Program-made: the position numbers and the translations under genes
In this document: in pieces, positions 20,638 through 31,743 of the stretch
How positions within the stretch are numbered: the stretch's first letter is position 1
How the letters are laid out: every line of letters starts with the position of its first letter
The notes under the pieces: generated by a model
The model's database searches: none
Told to the model about the DNA's origin: nothing
Seen by the model: only the letters and a program-made list of their open reading frames with translations
Source: Alphaproteobacteria bacterium
Lineage (GTDB): Bacteria > Pseudomonadota > Alphaproteobacteria > Rickettsiales > UBA998
Assembly (NCBI GenBank): GCA_043765375.1
Contig: JAYUJH010000006.1
Coordinates: 10,110-74,109 of the forward strand
Direction of reading: 5' to 3'
DNA: 64,000 nt

Positions 20638-21498
20638 TTAACGTGTATCAATTTTCACAGTAACTGGCAGGCGAATCCATTCAGTTGGTATAGGGTTTTG
20701 TGGCACAATATAAACCTTCGCCTTTGAATCTTCTGCACCAGTATCATTCATCATAATTTCCGTAACTTTGCCTGTTTGCATGATATCATGGGCTGGAATG
20801 GAAATTACAACCTCCATATCTTTGGCAAGTTTCACCGCATTATCATATGAGAATGTCGCTTCAACCATAGCACCACCATCGGCAGAATCTAAGTTTGGCA
20901 CAATCGCTGCAAAACTTGCTTTCACAACATATATGCGCTCATATATTCCCATAAAACAATAGGCCGCAAGCGCAATCCCAATCAAAGCGAAGGCTACGAA
21001 ATTAACCATTTTGCGTGCGGTTTTTTTTGTGACGGTTGATGCGGGTAATTTGCGGGCAGTGGTGAAGTTTTTGCGTGAAACCACATCAAGCACATCACCA
21101 ACATGAACCATATCACCCGCAACATAAGCTGAGACTAAATATTGCAATAATGATGCACTGCGTTCGTCTAAATCATTGAAGCGACAACCAGCCTTGCTGC
21201 CGTCACTGCTCAAATGGCGAACCTCGCATTTAATTGGCATGACCAGTGAAAATCCATTAAAATCATAATGCAGCTTCAGGTTCAAAATCGTCCCCTGTTT
21301 TAGCTCTATATTATGTGATATCAACGGCTTAACATAAATAGCAATTCCTTGATGCGACCAATCTGCAACTTCATAAATATTGCTATTAAGCTCAATTTTA
21401 ATTGGCAATTGCACCCGCATGTGCTGCCGTTGAACTTCCGCTTCATGCACTATGTTTGAACTTTGAGTTTTATTTGGGCTTTGAGTTTTCGCCTGCAT
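20638..21498 (-). CDS. Alg44-like PilZ membrane protein (c-di-GMP receptor)
   Basis: IVHEAEVQRQHMRVQLP (RxxxR), DWSHQG (DxSxxG), VSRKNFTTARK, one TM helix, periplasmic beta domain. Confidence 0.8.
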   Translation of the reverse strand: MQAKTQSPNKTQSSNIVHEAEVQRQHMRVQLPIKIELNSNIYEVADWSHQGIAIYVKPLISHNIELKQGTILNLKLHYDFNGFSLVMPIKCEVRHLSSDGSKAGCRFNDLDERSASLLQYLVSAYVAGDMVHVGDVLDVVSRKNFTTARKLPASTVTKKTARKMVNFVAFALIGIALAAYCFMGIYERIYVVKASFAAIVPNLDSADGGAMVEATFSYDNAVKLAKDMEVVISIPAHDIMQTGKVTEIMMNDTGAEDSKAKVYIVPQNPIPTEWIRLPVTVKIDTR

Positions 21499-21502
21499 AT
21501 CA

Positions 21503-22960
21503 TTAGCCTTCAATATCCGTCCCCCCGATGGTTATTTTATCAATCAATAATGAAGGCTGACCAACTCCCACTGGAACGGATTGTCCATCTTTACCACATG
21601 TTCCAACGCCATCGTCAAATGCGAGATCGTTCCCAATCGCTTTGATGCGTTGCATTACTTCGGGGCCATTGCCGATTAATGTTGCCCCTTTAATTGGATA
21701 TGTGACAACTCCATTTTCAATCATATAGGCTTCAGATGCAGAAAACACAAACTTGCCCGATGTTATATCAACCTGTCCACCACCAAAATGAACAGCATAA
21801 ACCCCACGTTTCACTGATTTTATCATATCTTCAGGAGCAGCGTCGCCCGCCAACATATATGTGTTAGTCATGCGGGGCAATGGCAAATGCGCATATGATT
21901 CCCGCCGACCATTGCCAGTGAGTGGCATATTCATCAGGCGAGCATTCATACGATCTTGGAGATATCCTTTCAAAATACCATCTTCAATTAATATATTATG
22001 TCCGCTAGGAGTTCCTTCATCATCTATGGTTAAAGAACCACGCTTGCCCATAATTGTGCCATCATCAACTACGGTGACACCTTTGCTTGCAACTTGTTCA
22101 CCAATTCGCCCTGAAAATGTTGAAGTTCCTTTGCGGTTGAAATCGCCTTCCAACCCATGACCAACGGCTTCATGCAGCAACACTCCACACCAGCCATTAC
22201 CAAGCACCACGGGCAATTCACCTGCTGGAGCGGGGCGAGCAGCGAGATTAACCAATGCTTGCCTTAATGCTTCATCTGCTTGCGCTTTCCAATTGGCGGT
22301 GATGATATATTCAGCGTAACCAGAGCGTGCGCCCCTGCCCGCAGAACCACTTTCCATGCGTCCATTTTCTTCCACTACAACGGAGATATTTAAGCGCACC
22401 AAGGGGCGGATATCACGGGCGGAATCAAAATTGGGGCGCAATACCTCAATCACTTGAAAATTACCAATCAACGAGGCGGAAACTTGCTTAATGCGTGCAT
22501 CTTTCGCCCGCAAATACGCATCAATTTCAGTTAATATCTCCACTTTTGCGCTAAACTCAACCCCAGAGATTGGGTTAATGGCAGGATAAAGCGGCGTGTG
22601 CGCCCTATTAACTGACATATTTATATTATTGCTTTTGCCTGATTTTTCAATGGCAACCACAGTTTCTGCTGCCCGCTTGATTGCTTCTTCCGAGAGTTCA
22701 TTTGCATGAGCAAACCCGCATGTTTCACCAAAAACTGAGCGCAACCCAAAACCTTTAGAGATGTTGAATGAGGCGTTGCGAATGCTACCATCATCAAAAC
22801 TAACTGATTCTGTTTGATCATATTCAAGGAATAATTCGCCATCGTCCATGCCCTGCAAAGCATTTTCAACAATGGAAATTGTGCGGTTCTTATCTAGTTC
22901 TGCGCTAAAAAAATCATAATTATCTGTCATATAACAATTATTATTAGCTTGTTTTGTCAT
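21503..22960 (-). CDS. tldD: Metalloprotease TldD
   Basis: LLHEAVGHGLEGDFNRKG, PRMTNTYM, GTCGKDGQSVPVGVGQP. Confidence 0.97.
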   Translation of the reverse strand: MTKQANNNCYMTDNYDFFSAELDKNRTISIVENALQGMDDGELFLEYDQTESVSFDDGSIRNASFNISKGFGLRSVFGETCGFAHANELSEEAIKRAAETVVAIEKSGKSNNINMSVNRAHTPLYPAINPISGVEFSAKVEILTEIDAYLRAKDARIKQVSASLIGNFQVIEVLRPNFDSARDIRPLVRLNISVVVEENGRMESGSAGRGARSGYAEYIITANWKAQADEALRQALVNLAARPAPAGELPVVLGNGWCGVLLHEAVGHGLEGDFNRKGTSTFSGRIGEQVASKGVTVVDDGTIMGKRGSLTIDDEGTPSGHNILIEDGILKGYLQDRMNARLMNMPLTGNGRRESYAHLPLPRMTNTYMLAGDAAPEDMIKSVKRGVYAVHFGGGQVDITSGKFVFSASEAYMIENGVVTYPIKGATLIGNGPEVMQRIKAIGNDLAFDDGVGTCGKDGQSVPVGVGQPSLLIDKITIGGTDIEG

Positions 22961-23117
22961 AATATGCTAGTGATTTATTCACAACACAATATTGATTTAT
23001 TATTGACATTGCACAAATTAAAACTTATTCACAAATATGAACATATGTTGCATGTAAAATCAATGTGTGATACATAATATATAATATATTTCTTATATAA
23101 TTTGATGATTATTCAAG

Positions 23118-24149
23118 GTGATTATGAAAGTGACTATCGCAGACAAAATAACCCATTGCAACAATGTTGCCATTAAAGTGAAGTCAACAAACGCAAACAT
23201 TATGCAAGTGATGATAATTAGCTTAATATTGCTTTTTGTGATGACTTCACCAAGTTTGGCAGTTGACGAAGTTATTGTGAACGAGGTTGCTAAGGAAGTT
23301 TCAACTGATGCAACGCCTGAAAAAACGGTTGCAAAGAAAGCGGTTGCAAATGATGCGATAGCTGACGAAGAAATCGTCAAAGGAATTGCAAAACCATGGC
23401 AATCATATTATCAAGGGGCAGCAACTCCAGTAATGGAGCGGGTGCAATCGCTACATAATTACATATTCGTAATTATTTCTGTGATAACTGTATTTGTGAC
23501 GGCGTTGCTGATTTATGTGTGTATTCGGTTTCATCATAAGCGCAACCCAAATGCGAGCAAAACAACGCATAATACCTTGTTGGAGATTGCTTGGATAACG
23601 ATTCCAGCATTGATTTTGGTGACGATATTTATACCGTCACTTAAACTCCATTATTATATGGATAAAACTCACAACCCAGATTTAACTTTGAAAATTACTG
23701 GTTATCAATGGTATTGGGGTTATTCTTACCCTGATCAAGAGGTTGAGGAATATTTAAGCAATATCAAAACAGATAAAGAACGCAGCGCAACTGAGCCACG
23801 TTTGCTTTCAGTTGACAACCCGTTGGTTGTTCCAGTCGGTGCAACTGTTAGGGTGTTATTGACTGGAGCTGACGTTATTCACAGTTTTGCTATGCCATCT
23901 TTTGGGGTTAAAACCGATTGTATCCCCGGGAGATTGAATGAAACATGGTTTCAAGCAACTAAAACTGGTATATATTATGGGCAATGTTCAGAATTATGCG
24001 GTCAAAAGCACGGATTTATGCCAATAGAAGTGCGAGTTGTTGAAAAAGATGTGTTCAAGCAATGGGTTGAACGAGCCAAAAAAGGTGATTTTGCGCTGAA
24101 TGGAATAAATATTCCAACTGATAATAAAGTTGCTGCAATTAAGAAATAG
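23118..24149 (+). CDS. coxB: Cytochrome c oxidase subunit II (start uncertain)
   Basis: GYQWYW, DVIHSF, CuA motif CSELCGQKHGFM. Confidence 0.97.
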   Translation: MIMKVTIADKITHCNNVAIKVKSTNANIMQVMIISLILLFVMTSPSLAVDEVIVNEVAKEVSTDATPEKTVAKKAVANDAIADEEIVKGIAKPWQSYYQGAATPVMERVQSLHNYIFVIISVITVFVTALLIYVCIRFHHKRNPNASKTTHNTLLEIAWITIPALILVTIFIPSLKLHYYMDKTHNPDLTLKITGYQWYWGYSYPDQEVEEYLSNIKTDKERSATEPRLLSVDNPLVVPVGATVRVLLTGADVIHSFAMPSFGVKTDCIPGRLNETWFQATKTGIYYGQCSELCGQKHGFMPIEVRVVEKDVFKQWVERAKKGDFALNGINIPTDNKVAAIKK

Positions 24150-24218
24150 CCTCAAGAGAAATAGATTTAAGAAAAACAGCCCCAAAAAAAATGGATTTTA
24201 AGTAATTAGGTGATAAAT

Positions 24219-25829
24219 ATGGAACATACAGATAATCATTCACATCATGCAACTAGTCATCATAATCCAACAGGTTTGCGCCGTTGGCTATTTTCCACCA
24301 ACCATAAAGATATTGGAACATTATATCTGATTTTGGCGGTGATTTCTGGTTTGATTGGTGCAGCTTTTTCTATTTACATGCGTATGGAATTGCAAGAACC
24401 GGGGGATCAATATTTCGGTGGTAATTATCAATTATATAATGTCTTTGTAACAGCTCATGCCATATTAATGGTGTTCTTCCTGATTATTCCCGCATTGTTC
24501 GGTGGGTTTGGTAATTGGTTTGTGCCAATCATGATAGGTGCGCCAGATATGGCTTTCCCGCGCATGAATAATATCAGTTTTTGGTTGCTTGTGCCTTCAA
24601 TATTATTGCTGATTGCCTCATCATTAATTGGTGAAGGAGCAGGAACTGGTTGGACATTATATCCACCACTTTCAAGCATTGTTTCACACCCCGGCGCATC
24701 AGTTGATTTGGCAATTTTCTCACTACATTTGGCTGGTATTTCATCAATATTAGGAGCGATTAATATCATCGTTACCATTGTTAATATGCGTGCGCCCGGA
24801 ATGACATGGTTTAAGATGCCATTATTTTGTTGGGCAATATTTTTCACCTCAATTTTGTTGTTAGTATCGCTGCCAGTGCTTGGTGGAGCAATAACCATGG
24901 TGCTAACAGATCGTAATTTAGGCACACAATTTTTTGATCCCGCAGGTGGAGGAGATCCAGTTTTATATCAACATTTATTTTGGTTTTTCGGTCATCCTGA
25001 AGTTTATGTATTGATTTTACCTGCATTTGGTATCATCAGCGAAGTAATTGTGACATTCTCCAACAAACCAATTTTTGGTTATAAAGGAATGGTATTTGCA
25101 ATGGGAATTATTGGAATACTAGGCTTTGTTGTCTGGGCGCATCATATGTTCACTATTGGAATGAGCGCAAATACTAGGGCTTATTATATGGCAGCAACAA
25201 TGCTAATCGCTGTTCCAACTGGTATTAAAATATTTACATGGATTGCGACAATGTGGGGCGGGTCAATTCGTTTCACCACTCCAATGCTGTTTGCTATCGG
25301 GTTCATATTTTTGTTCACAGTTGGTGGAGTAACGGGTATTGTTCTCGCTAATAGCTCCATAGACATCACCATGCATGATACTTATTATGTGGTTGCGCAT
25401 TTCCATTATGCCATGTCACTTGGTGCATTATTTGGAGTATTCACCGGATTTTATTATTGGATAGGCAAAATGTCTGGTTATCAATATAAAGAATGGCTGG
25501 GTAAAACTCACTTTTGGATATTTTTCATCGGCACAAACTTGACATTTTTTCCGCAACATTTCCTTGGAATGGCTGGAATGCCTCGCCGTATTCCTGATTA
25601 TCCTGATGCTTACGCAGGTTGGAATTATGTATCGTCAATTGGGTCATACATAGCGGGATTTGGGGCAATATTTTTCCTATATGTGGTATATCGCATTTTC
25701 GCTGATAAAGTTCCAGCGGGTGATAATCCATGGGGAGAAGGAGCAAAAACTATTGAGTGGGGAGTTTCATCACCTCCAGCTTTCCATACTTTTGAGAATT
25801 ATCCAATCGTTCCAAATTATGGTCACTAG
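24219..25829 (+). CDS. coxA: Cytochrome c oxidase subunit I
   Basis: [31 protein letters not shown]. Confidence 0.98.
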   Translation: MEHTDNHSHHATSHHNPTGLRRWLFSTNHKDIGTLYLILAVISGLIGAAFSIYMRMELQEPGDQYFGGNYQLYNVFVTAHAILMVFFLIIPALFGGFGNWFVPIMIGAPDMAFPRMNNISFWLLVPSILLLIASSLIGEGAGTGWTLYPPLSSIVSHPGASVDLAIFSLHLAGISSILGAINIIVTIVNMRAPGMTWFKMPLFCWAIFFTSILLLVSLPVLGGAITMVLTDRNLGTQFFDPAGGGDPVLYQHLFWFFGHPEVYVLILPAFGIISEVIVTFSNKPIFGYKGMVFAMGIIGILGFVVWAHHMFTIGMSANTRAYYMAATMLIAVPTGIKIFTWIATMWGGSIRFTTPMLFAIGFIFLFTVGGVTGIVLANSSIDITMHDTYYVVAHFHYAMSLGALFGVFTGFYYWIGKMSGYQYKEWLGKTHFWIFFIGTNLTFFPQHFLGMAGMPRRIPDYPDAYAGWNYVSSIGSYIAGFGAIFFLYVVYRIFADKVPAGDNPWGEGAKTIEWGVSSPPAFHTFENYPIVPNYGH

Positions 25830-25832
25830 AAT

Positions 25833-26723
25833 ATGATAGCGATTGCGCAATCAAACGAAGCATCATTGCGTGATTATTGGCAATTGCTTAAACCAGGGGT
25901 AATGTTGCTAGTGGTTTTTACTGCAGCAATAGGCTTGGCAGTTGCACCAATTCATTTGCAAAAACTGGAGTCTTTGGTGGTTGTGATAGCCATTGCCATG
26001 GGCTCTGGTGCGGGCGCAGCGTTTAATATGTGGTATGATGCAGATATTGACGCAATCATGCAACGCACTCGCAAACGTCCAATTCCTGCGGGGAAAATTG
26101 CCCCACAAGATGCGCTAATGCTCTCGCTGGTGCTTGCTGTGATATCAGTTGCGCTGCTTGGGTTAGCGAGCAATTGGGCAGCAGCTGGGTTGCTTGCATT
26201 TGCAATATGGTTTTATGCTTGTTTTTATACAATGTTGCTTAAACGTTACACTGCACAAAATATTGTTATAGGTGGTGCAGCAGGCGCATTCCCGCCAATT
26301 ATTGGTTGGTTAGCAGCTTCTCCGCAATTATCGTTTGAACCAATATGTTATTTTTTGATAATATTCCTCTGGACTCCACCGCATTTTTGGGCGTTGGCGT
26401 TATATCGTCATGAGGATTATCGGGCAGTAAATGTGCCGATGTTGCCTGTTGTGGCTGGTGAAAAATCTACTTTGCGCCATATCACATTTTATTCAATTTT
26501 GCTTGTTGCCTCAGCGATGTTGCCATATTTAATGGGTTATCGTGGTGTAATTTACGCTATGATTGCTGGAACATTAAGTGCATATTTTTTGTTAAAAGCG
26601 TTGCAATTGCAGATGAAACCAAATCCACAAAAAGCAATCAAATTGTTTTTATTCTCTATTTTATATTTATTTGCAATTTTCACCGCCATTTTGTTTGATT
26701 ATGTTGTTACGACTTTTTATTAA
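25833..26723 (+). CDS. ctaB: Protoheme IX farnesyltransferase
   Basis: LLKPGV, DADIDAIMQRTRKRP, WTPPHFWAL. Confidence 0.96.
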   Translation: MIAIAQSNEASLRDYWQLLKPGVMLLVVFTAAIGLAVAPIHLQKLESLVVVIAIAMGSGAGAAFNMWYDADIDAIMQRTRKRPIPAGKIAPQDALMLSLVLAVISVALLGLASNWAAAGLLAFAIWFYACFYTMLLKRYTAQNIVIGGAAGAFPPIIGWLAASPQLSFEPICYFLIIFLWTPPHFWALALYRHEDYRAVNVPMLPVVAGEKSTLRHITFYSILLVASAMLPYLMGYRGVIYAMIAGTLSAYFLLKALQLQMKPNPQKAIKLFLFSILYLFAIFTAILFDYVVTTFY

Positions 26724-26790
26724 CATTTAATGTTTGTCAATTTCCGTAGCAATAAATAATATATTAACATAACAAGGATATTTTCAAGCC

Positions 26791-26916
26791 ATGCCAAAAA
26801 ATGAAATCCATAATAAAAAGAAAAAAAGCAATTATATATTGCTTATGATATTAGTAGCCGTCATTATTTTGTTATATCAGCTAACACTTGCTCGTTTTGG
26901 GTTTGCAAATAAATAA
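26791..26916 (+). CDS. Putative 41-aa single-TM protein (CoxF-like position after ctaB)
   Basis: AAGGA upstream; MPKNEIHNKKKKSNYILLMILVAVIILLYQLTLARFGFANK, basic patch then TM helix. Confidence 0.6.
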   Translation: MPKNEIHNKKKKSNYILLMILVAVIILLYQLTLARFGFANK

Positions 26917-26984
26917 TATTCATTTGCATAAATAATCACGCCTACAAATTATTATGCTCGCAGATTATTATATAGTTAAACAAT

Positions 26985-27080
26985 AATGCTCAAAAATCAT
27001 CACGCTCAATCATACTAAAAAATCATCACGCACTTAAATCGTCAAAAAACTAAATCATCAAGAACTAAATCACCGAGGAC
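26985..27080. repeat. Degenerate AAATCATCA tandem repeats
   Basis: About five copies of aaatcatca/aaatcgtca/aaatcacc at irregular spacing between convergent genes. Confidence 0.6.
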
Positions 27081-27084
27081 ATAA

Positions 27085-29115
27085 TTACTTAATAGTTTTT
27101 TGCAATCTCTCCATTTCATCACGCAATTTTGCAGCTAGTTCAAAATCCAAATTGCTCGCTGCCCTTAACATATCGTCACGCAATTTAAGCATTAAATCTT
27201 TCGCGCTGATGTTTTGTCCCGTGCTATAATCAATAATTTTGCCAGTAGATGTTGCACCAAAACTTGCACCCACTTTTTGCTTATTGGCTTTGGCGGCTTT
27301 TTCATCTTTAGCTGATTCATTTTCAATGGAAGAGGCGATGTTGCGCACAGTTGAACGTGGTATAATCCCATGTTTTTCATTATGCGCTGATTGAATTGCT
27401 CGCCTTCTCGCCGTTTCACTAAGTGCTATATTCATAGAATTGGTAATGCGATCTGCATATAAAATCACTCGCCCATCAACATTTCGTGCTGCTCGCCCGA
27501 TTGTTTGAATAAGCGAGGTGGCAGAACGCAAAAATCCTTCCTTATCCGCATCTAAAATTGCCATCAACCCGCATTCAGGAATATCCAAACCTTCACGCAA
27601 CAAATTAACACCAATTAGCACATCAAACACGCCAATACGCAAATCCCGAATAATATCAATGCGCTCCAAAGTTTCAACATCAGAATGTAAATATCGCACT
27701 TTTATGCCATGTTCATCTAAATATTCAGTTAGCTGCTCCGCCATTTTTTTGGTCAAAGTTGTCACCAACGTGCGATATCCCTTTGCAAGAGTGAGTTTAA
27801 TTTCCGCAAATAAATCATCAACTTGAGTTGCTACGGGGCGAATAATTGGTTCAGGATCAATCAAACCCGTTGGGCGGATAATTTGCTCAACAAACTCCCC
27901 GTCCGTCCAGCCAAGCTCAATTTGCGAAGGAGTTGCTGAAACATGCACGCTATTGGGGCGGCGAGCGTCCCACTCATCAAACTTCATCGGGCGATTATCC
28001 AGCGCACTTGGCAAGCGAAAACCATATTCCACCAGTGTGGTTTTGCGGGCGCGATCCCCATTATACATACCCCTAATTTGCGGCAAAGAAACGTGGCTTT
28101 CATCAACGAATAACAACGCATTTTTAGGCAAATATTGAAACAAAGTTGGAGGAGGCTCACCCGCATTTGTGCCTGCGAGGTAGCGAGAATAATTCTCAAT
28201 GCCACGGCAACTGCCCGTTTCAACCAGCATCTCAAGGTCAAATGTGGTGCGTTGCTCCAGCCGTTGCGCCTCTATCAATTTATTATTCGCCCGCAAATCC
28301 TCCAACCGCTCCAGCAATTCCGCCTTAATTTGTTTGATTGCCCGTTCAATCGTTGGGCGTGGCGTGACATAATGGCTGTTCGCATAAATCGTGATACGCT
28401 GCATTGCGCCTTGATTCTCACCTGTCAAAGGGTCAAACGCATATATTTCATCAATTTCATCACCAAAAAAACTAATCCGCCATGCCTGATCATCAAGATG
28501 CGAGGGAAACAAATCAATCGTATCCCCCCGCACACGAAAAGTTCCCCGCTTGAACCCAATATCGTTGCGGTCATATTGCAAATCAATCAAACGGCGCAGT
28601 AGTGTATCTTGCGCAACCATATCCCCCTTGGCAAGTTGGATAATCATCTCGCTATAAGTCGCAGCAGATCCAATACCATAAATGCAAGAAACTGACGCAA
28701 TCACAATCACATCTTCACGTTCCAACAATGAGCGAGTGGCGGAGTGACGCATACGATCAATTTGTTCATTAATGCTTGCATCTTTTTCAATGAATGTGTC
28801 ACTACGGGGGACATACGCTTCAGGCTGATAATAATCATAATATGAAACGAAATATTCCACCGCATTATTCGGAAAAAACGATTTGAATTCATGATAAAGC
28901 TGCCCCGCTAATGTTTTATTATGCGCCATAATCATGGCGGGGCGATTGGTGCGAGCGATGATATTCGCCATGGTGAATGTTTTGCCTGAACCAGTCACCC
29001 CGAGCAGAACTTGATCTTTTTTGTTTTCACTTAAACCAGCGAGCAATGCTTCAATCGCTTGTGGTTGATCACCCGCTGGAGCATAATCTGATGTAAGTTG
29101 GAAGGGTATTTGCAT
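27085..29115 (-). CDS. uvrB: Excinuclease ABC subunit B
   Basis: [36 protein letters not shown]-terminal UVR motif. Confidence 0.98.
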   Translation of the reverse strand: MQIPFQLTSDYAPAGDQPQAIEALLAGLSENKKDQVLLGVTGSGKTFTMANIIARTNRPAMIMAHNKTLAGQLYHEFKSFFPNNAVEYFVSYYDYYQPEAYVPRSDTFIEKDASINEQIDRMRHSATRSLLEREDVIVIASVSCIYGIGSAATYSEMIIQLAKGDMVAQDTLLRRLIDLQYDRNDIGFKRGTFRVRGDTIDLFPSHLDDQAWRISFFGDEIDEIYAFDPLTGENQGAMQRITIYANSHYVTPRPTIERAIKQIKAELLERLEDLRANNKLIEAQRLEQRTTFDLEMLVETGSCRGIENYSRYLAGTNAGEPPPTLFQYLPKNALLFVDESHVSLPQIRGMYNGDRARKTTLVEYGFRLPSALDNRPMKFDEWDARRPNSVHVSATPSQIELGWTDGEFVEQIIRPTGLIDPEPIIRPVATQVDDLFAEIKLTLAKGYRTLVTTLTKKMAEQLTEYLDEHGIKVRYLHSDVETLERIDIIRDLRIGVFDVLIGVNLLREGLDIPECGLMAILDADKEGFLRSATSLIQTIGRAARNVDGRVILYADRITNSMNIALSETARRRAIQSAHNEKHGIIPRSTVRNIASSIENESAKDEKAAKANKQKVGASFGATSTGKIIDYSTGQNISAKDLMLKLRDDMLRAASNLDFELAAKLRDEMERLQKTIK

Positions 29116-29217
29116 CGCACCAACATATAATATTTACATAATAGTTACAAGTTGCAATATATATCATTATGTGATTATGTGAGGGAAACAATTAAATAAT
29201 TTTCATGAGAATATATT

Positions 29218-30342
29218 ATGTTGTTAGAAATATCAAAAACAGAAAAACAATTTGTTAAAATTGAAGCATCTAAAAATGATGATTTAAGCGAGCTATCACT
29301 TGAAAAAATGATTGCAGGATACAGAACTGATCAATCAGAAGAATTTATTCTTTCAGAAAATATTTTTGGTGAAGAGCTATTTATGCTTGGAAATCAAGTA
29401 TATACTAAAAATAAAAAAATAGCTGATATAATTGCAATAGACAAAAGAGGAAATGGAGTTATTATTGAGTTAAAAAAAGATAAGGGGAAACTTGGAATAG
29501 AAACGCAGGCTTTGCAATATTTAGTTGAACTTTCAGCGTTCTCGGGCAAGGAATTTATAGAGAAAGCAACTAAGAAAAATTTTACCCATAAAGATAGAAA
29601 TATTGATCAAATATTAGAAGATATTAAAAATTTTGTTGATGATGACGTAACATTGGAAAGCTACAATCAGAAAAGTCGCATTATTTTATTAGCACAAAGT
29701 TTTGATTCTTCAATATTTTCAATAGGAGAGTGGTTAGATTTACAGAACATATCATTTCGTTGTATTGAATATTCATGCTATAAGATAAAAGCTAACGATT
29801 TTATTGACTTTAGCATAAAATTTGACCGTTCTAAAGATACTTTATACAGGATTGCAAATAACAAAAGAACTTTTGCTACAGTTAGAAAAGACACTAAAAT
29901 ATATTGGCATAATATTTCCACAACGCAAGAACAGTGGAATTTTTTACAAGAAAAAGGGATAATATATTGTGGATTTGAAGGGATAGAATGGGATAGAGGA
30001 ACTGTTATTCTAAAAAAATACATCAAGGGTGATACCGTAATTGCGTATGCAAGTCGCAATGTAGGAATTATTGGCTATGGCATGGTTGAGGGAAATTATA
30101 GATTAGTAAGCAAAGAAGAAGCTAATCCAATTAATGGCTGCAGACACTGGCTTGATGTAAAGTGGAAATATACTCTTCCAATTAATCATTCAATAAAAAG
30201 AGCGGAGTTTGAAAAAACAGACAAATATCCTAAGATATATCACCCAGTGCAAACCTCATCTATTTTAGGCGACCAAGAGCAAGCCAAATTATTGCTGGAA
30301 GATATTGCTGAAAAAGCTGCAAAATATGGTAAAGTTTGGTGA
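29218..30342 (+). CDS. PD-(D/E)xK (NucS/RecB-like) nuclease with C-terminal PUA/EVE-like domain
   Basis: IADIIAIDKRGNGVIIELKK...QALQY; C-terminal KGDTVIAYAS..VGIIGYGMV...VKW; visibly more A-rich than neighbours. Confidence 0.65.
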   Translation: MLLEISKTEKQFVKIEASKNDDLSELSLEKMIAGYRTDQSEEFILSENIFGEELFMLGNQVYTKNKKIADIIAIDKRGNGVIIELKKDKGKLGIETQALQYLVELSAFSGKEFIEKATKKNFTHKDRNIDQILEDIKNFVDDDVTLESYNQKSRIILLAQSFDSSIFSIGEWLDLQNISFRCIEYSCYKIKANDFIDFSIKFDRSKDTLYRIANNKRTFATVRKDTKIYWHNISTTQEQWNFLQEKGIIYCGFEGIEWDRGTVILKKYIKGDTVIAYASRNVGIIGYGMVEGNYRLVSKEEANPINGCRHWLDVKWKYTLPINHSIKRAEFEKTDKYPKIYHPVQTSSILGDQEQAKLLLEDIAEKAAKYGKVW

Positions 30343-30346
30343 TTTT

Positions 30347-31558
30347 TTAAGCCCCATCACCCGACTGATATTTCGCCCGCACGGTTGCATAAGCATAATC
30401 AAGCCATGGTAGCACTGATTGCATATCTGTAAGTTCCACCGTTGCCCCGCCCCACAAACGCAAGCCCGCTGGTGCGTCACGATAACCATTCACATCATAA
30501 GCAACATTTTCTTTCTCAAGCATTCCCGCCATTTGCTTGGTTATTTCACGTTGTGCATTATCATTTAAGCCCGCAAACCACTCATCTTTAATCGCCAAAC
30601 AAATTGAAGTGCTGGAGCGAATGGATTTATCCTGCGCCAAGAAATCAGCCCAATCACTAGTTGCAACCCATGATTCCACCGCTGCTAAATTGGCTTTGCT
30701 GCGGTTGATTAGCACTTCTAGCCCGCCAATATTCTCCGCCCAGCGCAAGCCATCTAGTGCATCTTCCACACATAACATTGAGGGCGTATTGATAGTTTCA
30801 CCCGCAAATATTCCTTCAATCAACTTGCCTTTGCTGGTTAAACGCATTATTTTTGGTAGCGGCCATGCTGGAGCATAACTCTCTAGCCTTGCAACTGCCC
30901 GAGGTGAAAGGACAATCATGCCGTGCGCCCCCTCCCCGCCCATTACTTTTTGCCATGACCATGTTACCACGTCCAATTTACTAAAATCCATATCCATTGC
31001 AAAAACTGATGATGTTGCGTCGCAAATGCTAAGCCCTTGGCGTGTTGCATAAATCCAATTGGCATTAGGCACACATACGCCAGAAGTTGTTCCATTCCAG
31101 GTGAAACATACGTCATTCTCCCAATTAACGGCGTTCAAATCACAAATCTCACCATATTTTGCAATCTCGCTGCGACAATTTGGCAGTTTTAATTGTTTAA
31201 CAGCGTCAGTCACCCAACCTTCGCCGAAACTCTCCCATGCGAGCATTTCCACACCACGCGCGCCGAGCATTGTCCACATTGCCATTTCATATGCTCCAGA
31301 GTCAGATGCGGGAACAATTCCAATGCGATAATCTGATGGAATATTTAGCAATTTACGGCTGCGATCAATCACTTCTTTCAACTTGGATTTGCCGATTGAG
31401 GAACGATGCGAACGACCAATTGGTGCATCACTCAACGCATCTAAACTCCAACCAGCCCTTTTGGCACATGGCCCTGATGAAAAACATGGATTATTTGGGC
31501 GAGCAATTGGCTTGATATGCGTTTGAGCGGTTTGTTTGGCTTGTGCTTGTTGCTGCAT
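30347..31558 (-). CDS. serC: Phosphoserine aminotransferase (alphaproteobacterial type)
   Basis: [45 protein letters not shown]. Confidence 0.96.
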   Translation of the reverse strand: MQQQAQAKQTAQTHIKPIARPNNPCFSSGPCAKRAGWSLDALSDAPIGRSHRSSIGKSKLKEVIDRSRKLLNIPSDYRIGIVPASDSGAYEMAMWTMLGARGVEMLAWESFGEGWVTDAVKQLKLPNCRSEIAKYGEICDLNAVNWENDVCFTWNGTTSGVCVPNANWIYATRQGLSICDATSSVFAMDMDFSKLDVVTWSWQKVMGGEGAHGMIVLSPRAVARLESYAPAWPLPKIMRLTSKGKLIEGIFAGETINTPSMLCVEDALDGLRWAENIGGLEVLINRSKANLAAVESWVATSDWADFLAQDKSIRSSTSICLAIKDEWFAGLNDNAQREITKQMAGMLEKENVAYDVNGYRDAPAGLRLWGGATVELTDMQSVLPWLDYAYATVRAKYQSGDGA

Positions 31559-31743
31559 GATTATTTCTTAAATGGAGGTTTTCTTAAATAGAGGTTTCTT
31601 AGGTGAAGTATTTCACATGATATAATATCACATCATATCTGATATAAAATAGTCAATAATGCAAGTTATTTTATGTTTAATCCAAGTTATTTTGTGTTAT
31701 ATACAGGTTGATATAATACATAAATTAGATTATTTAAGTTGGT

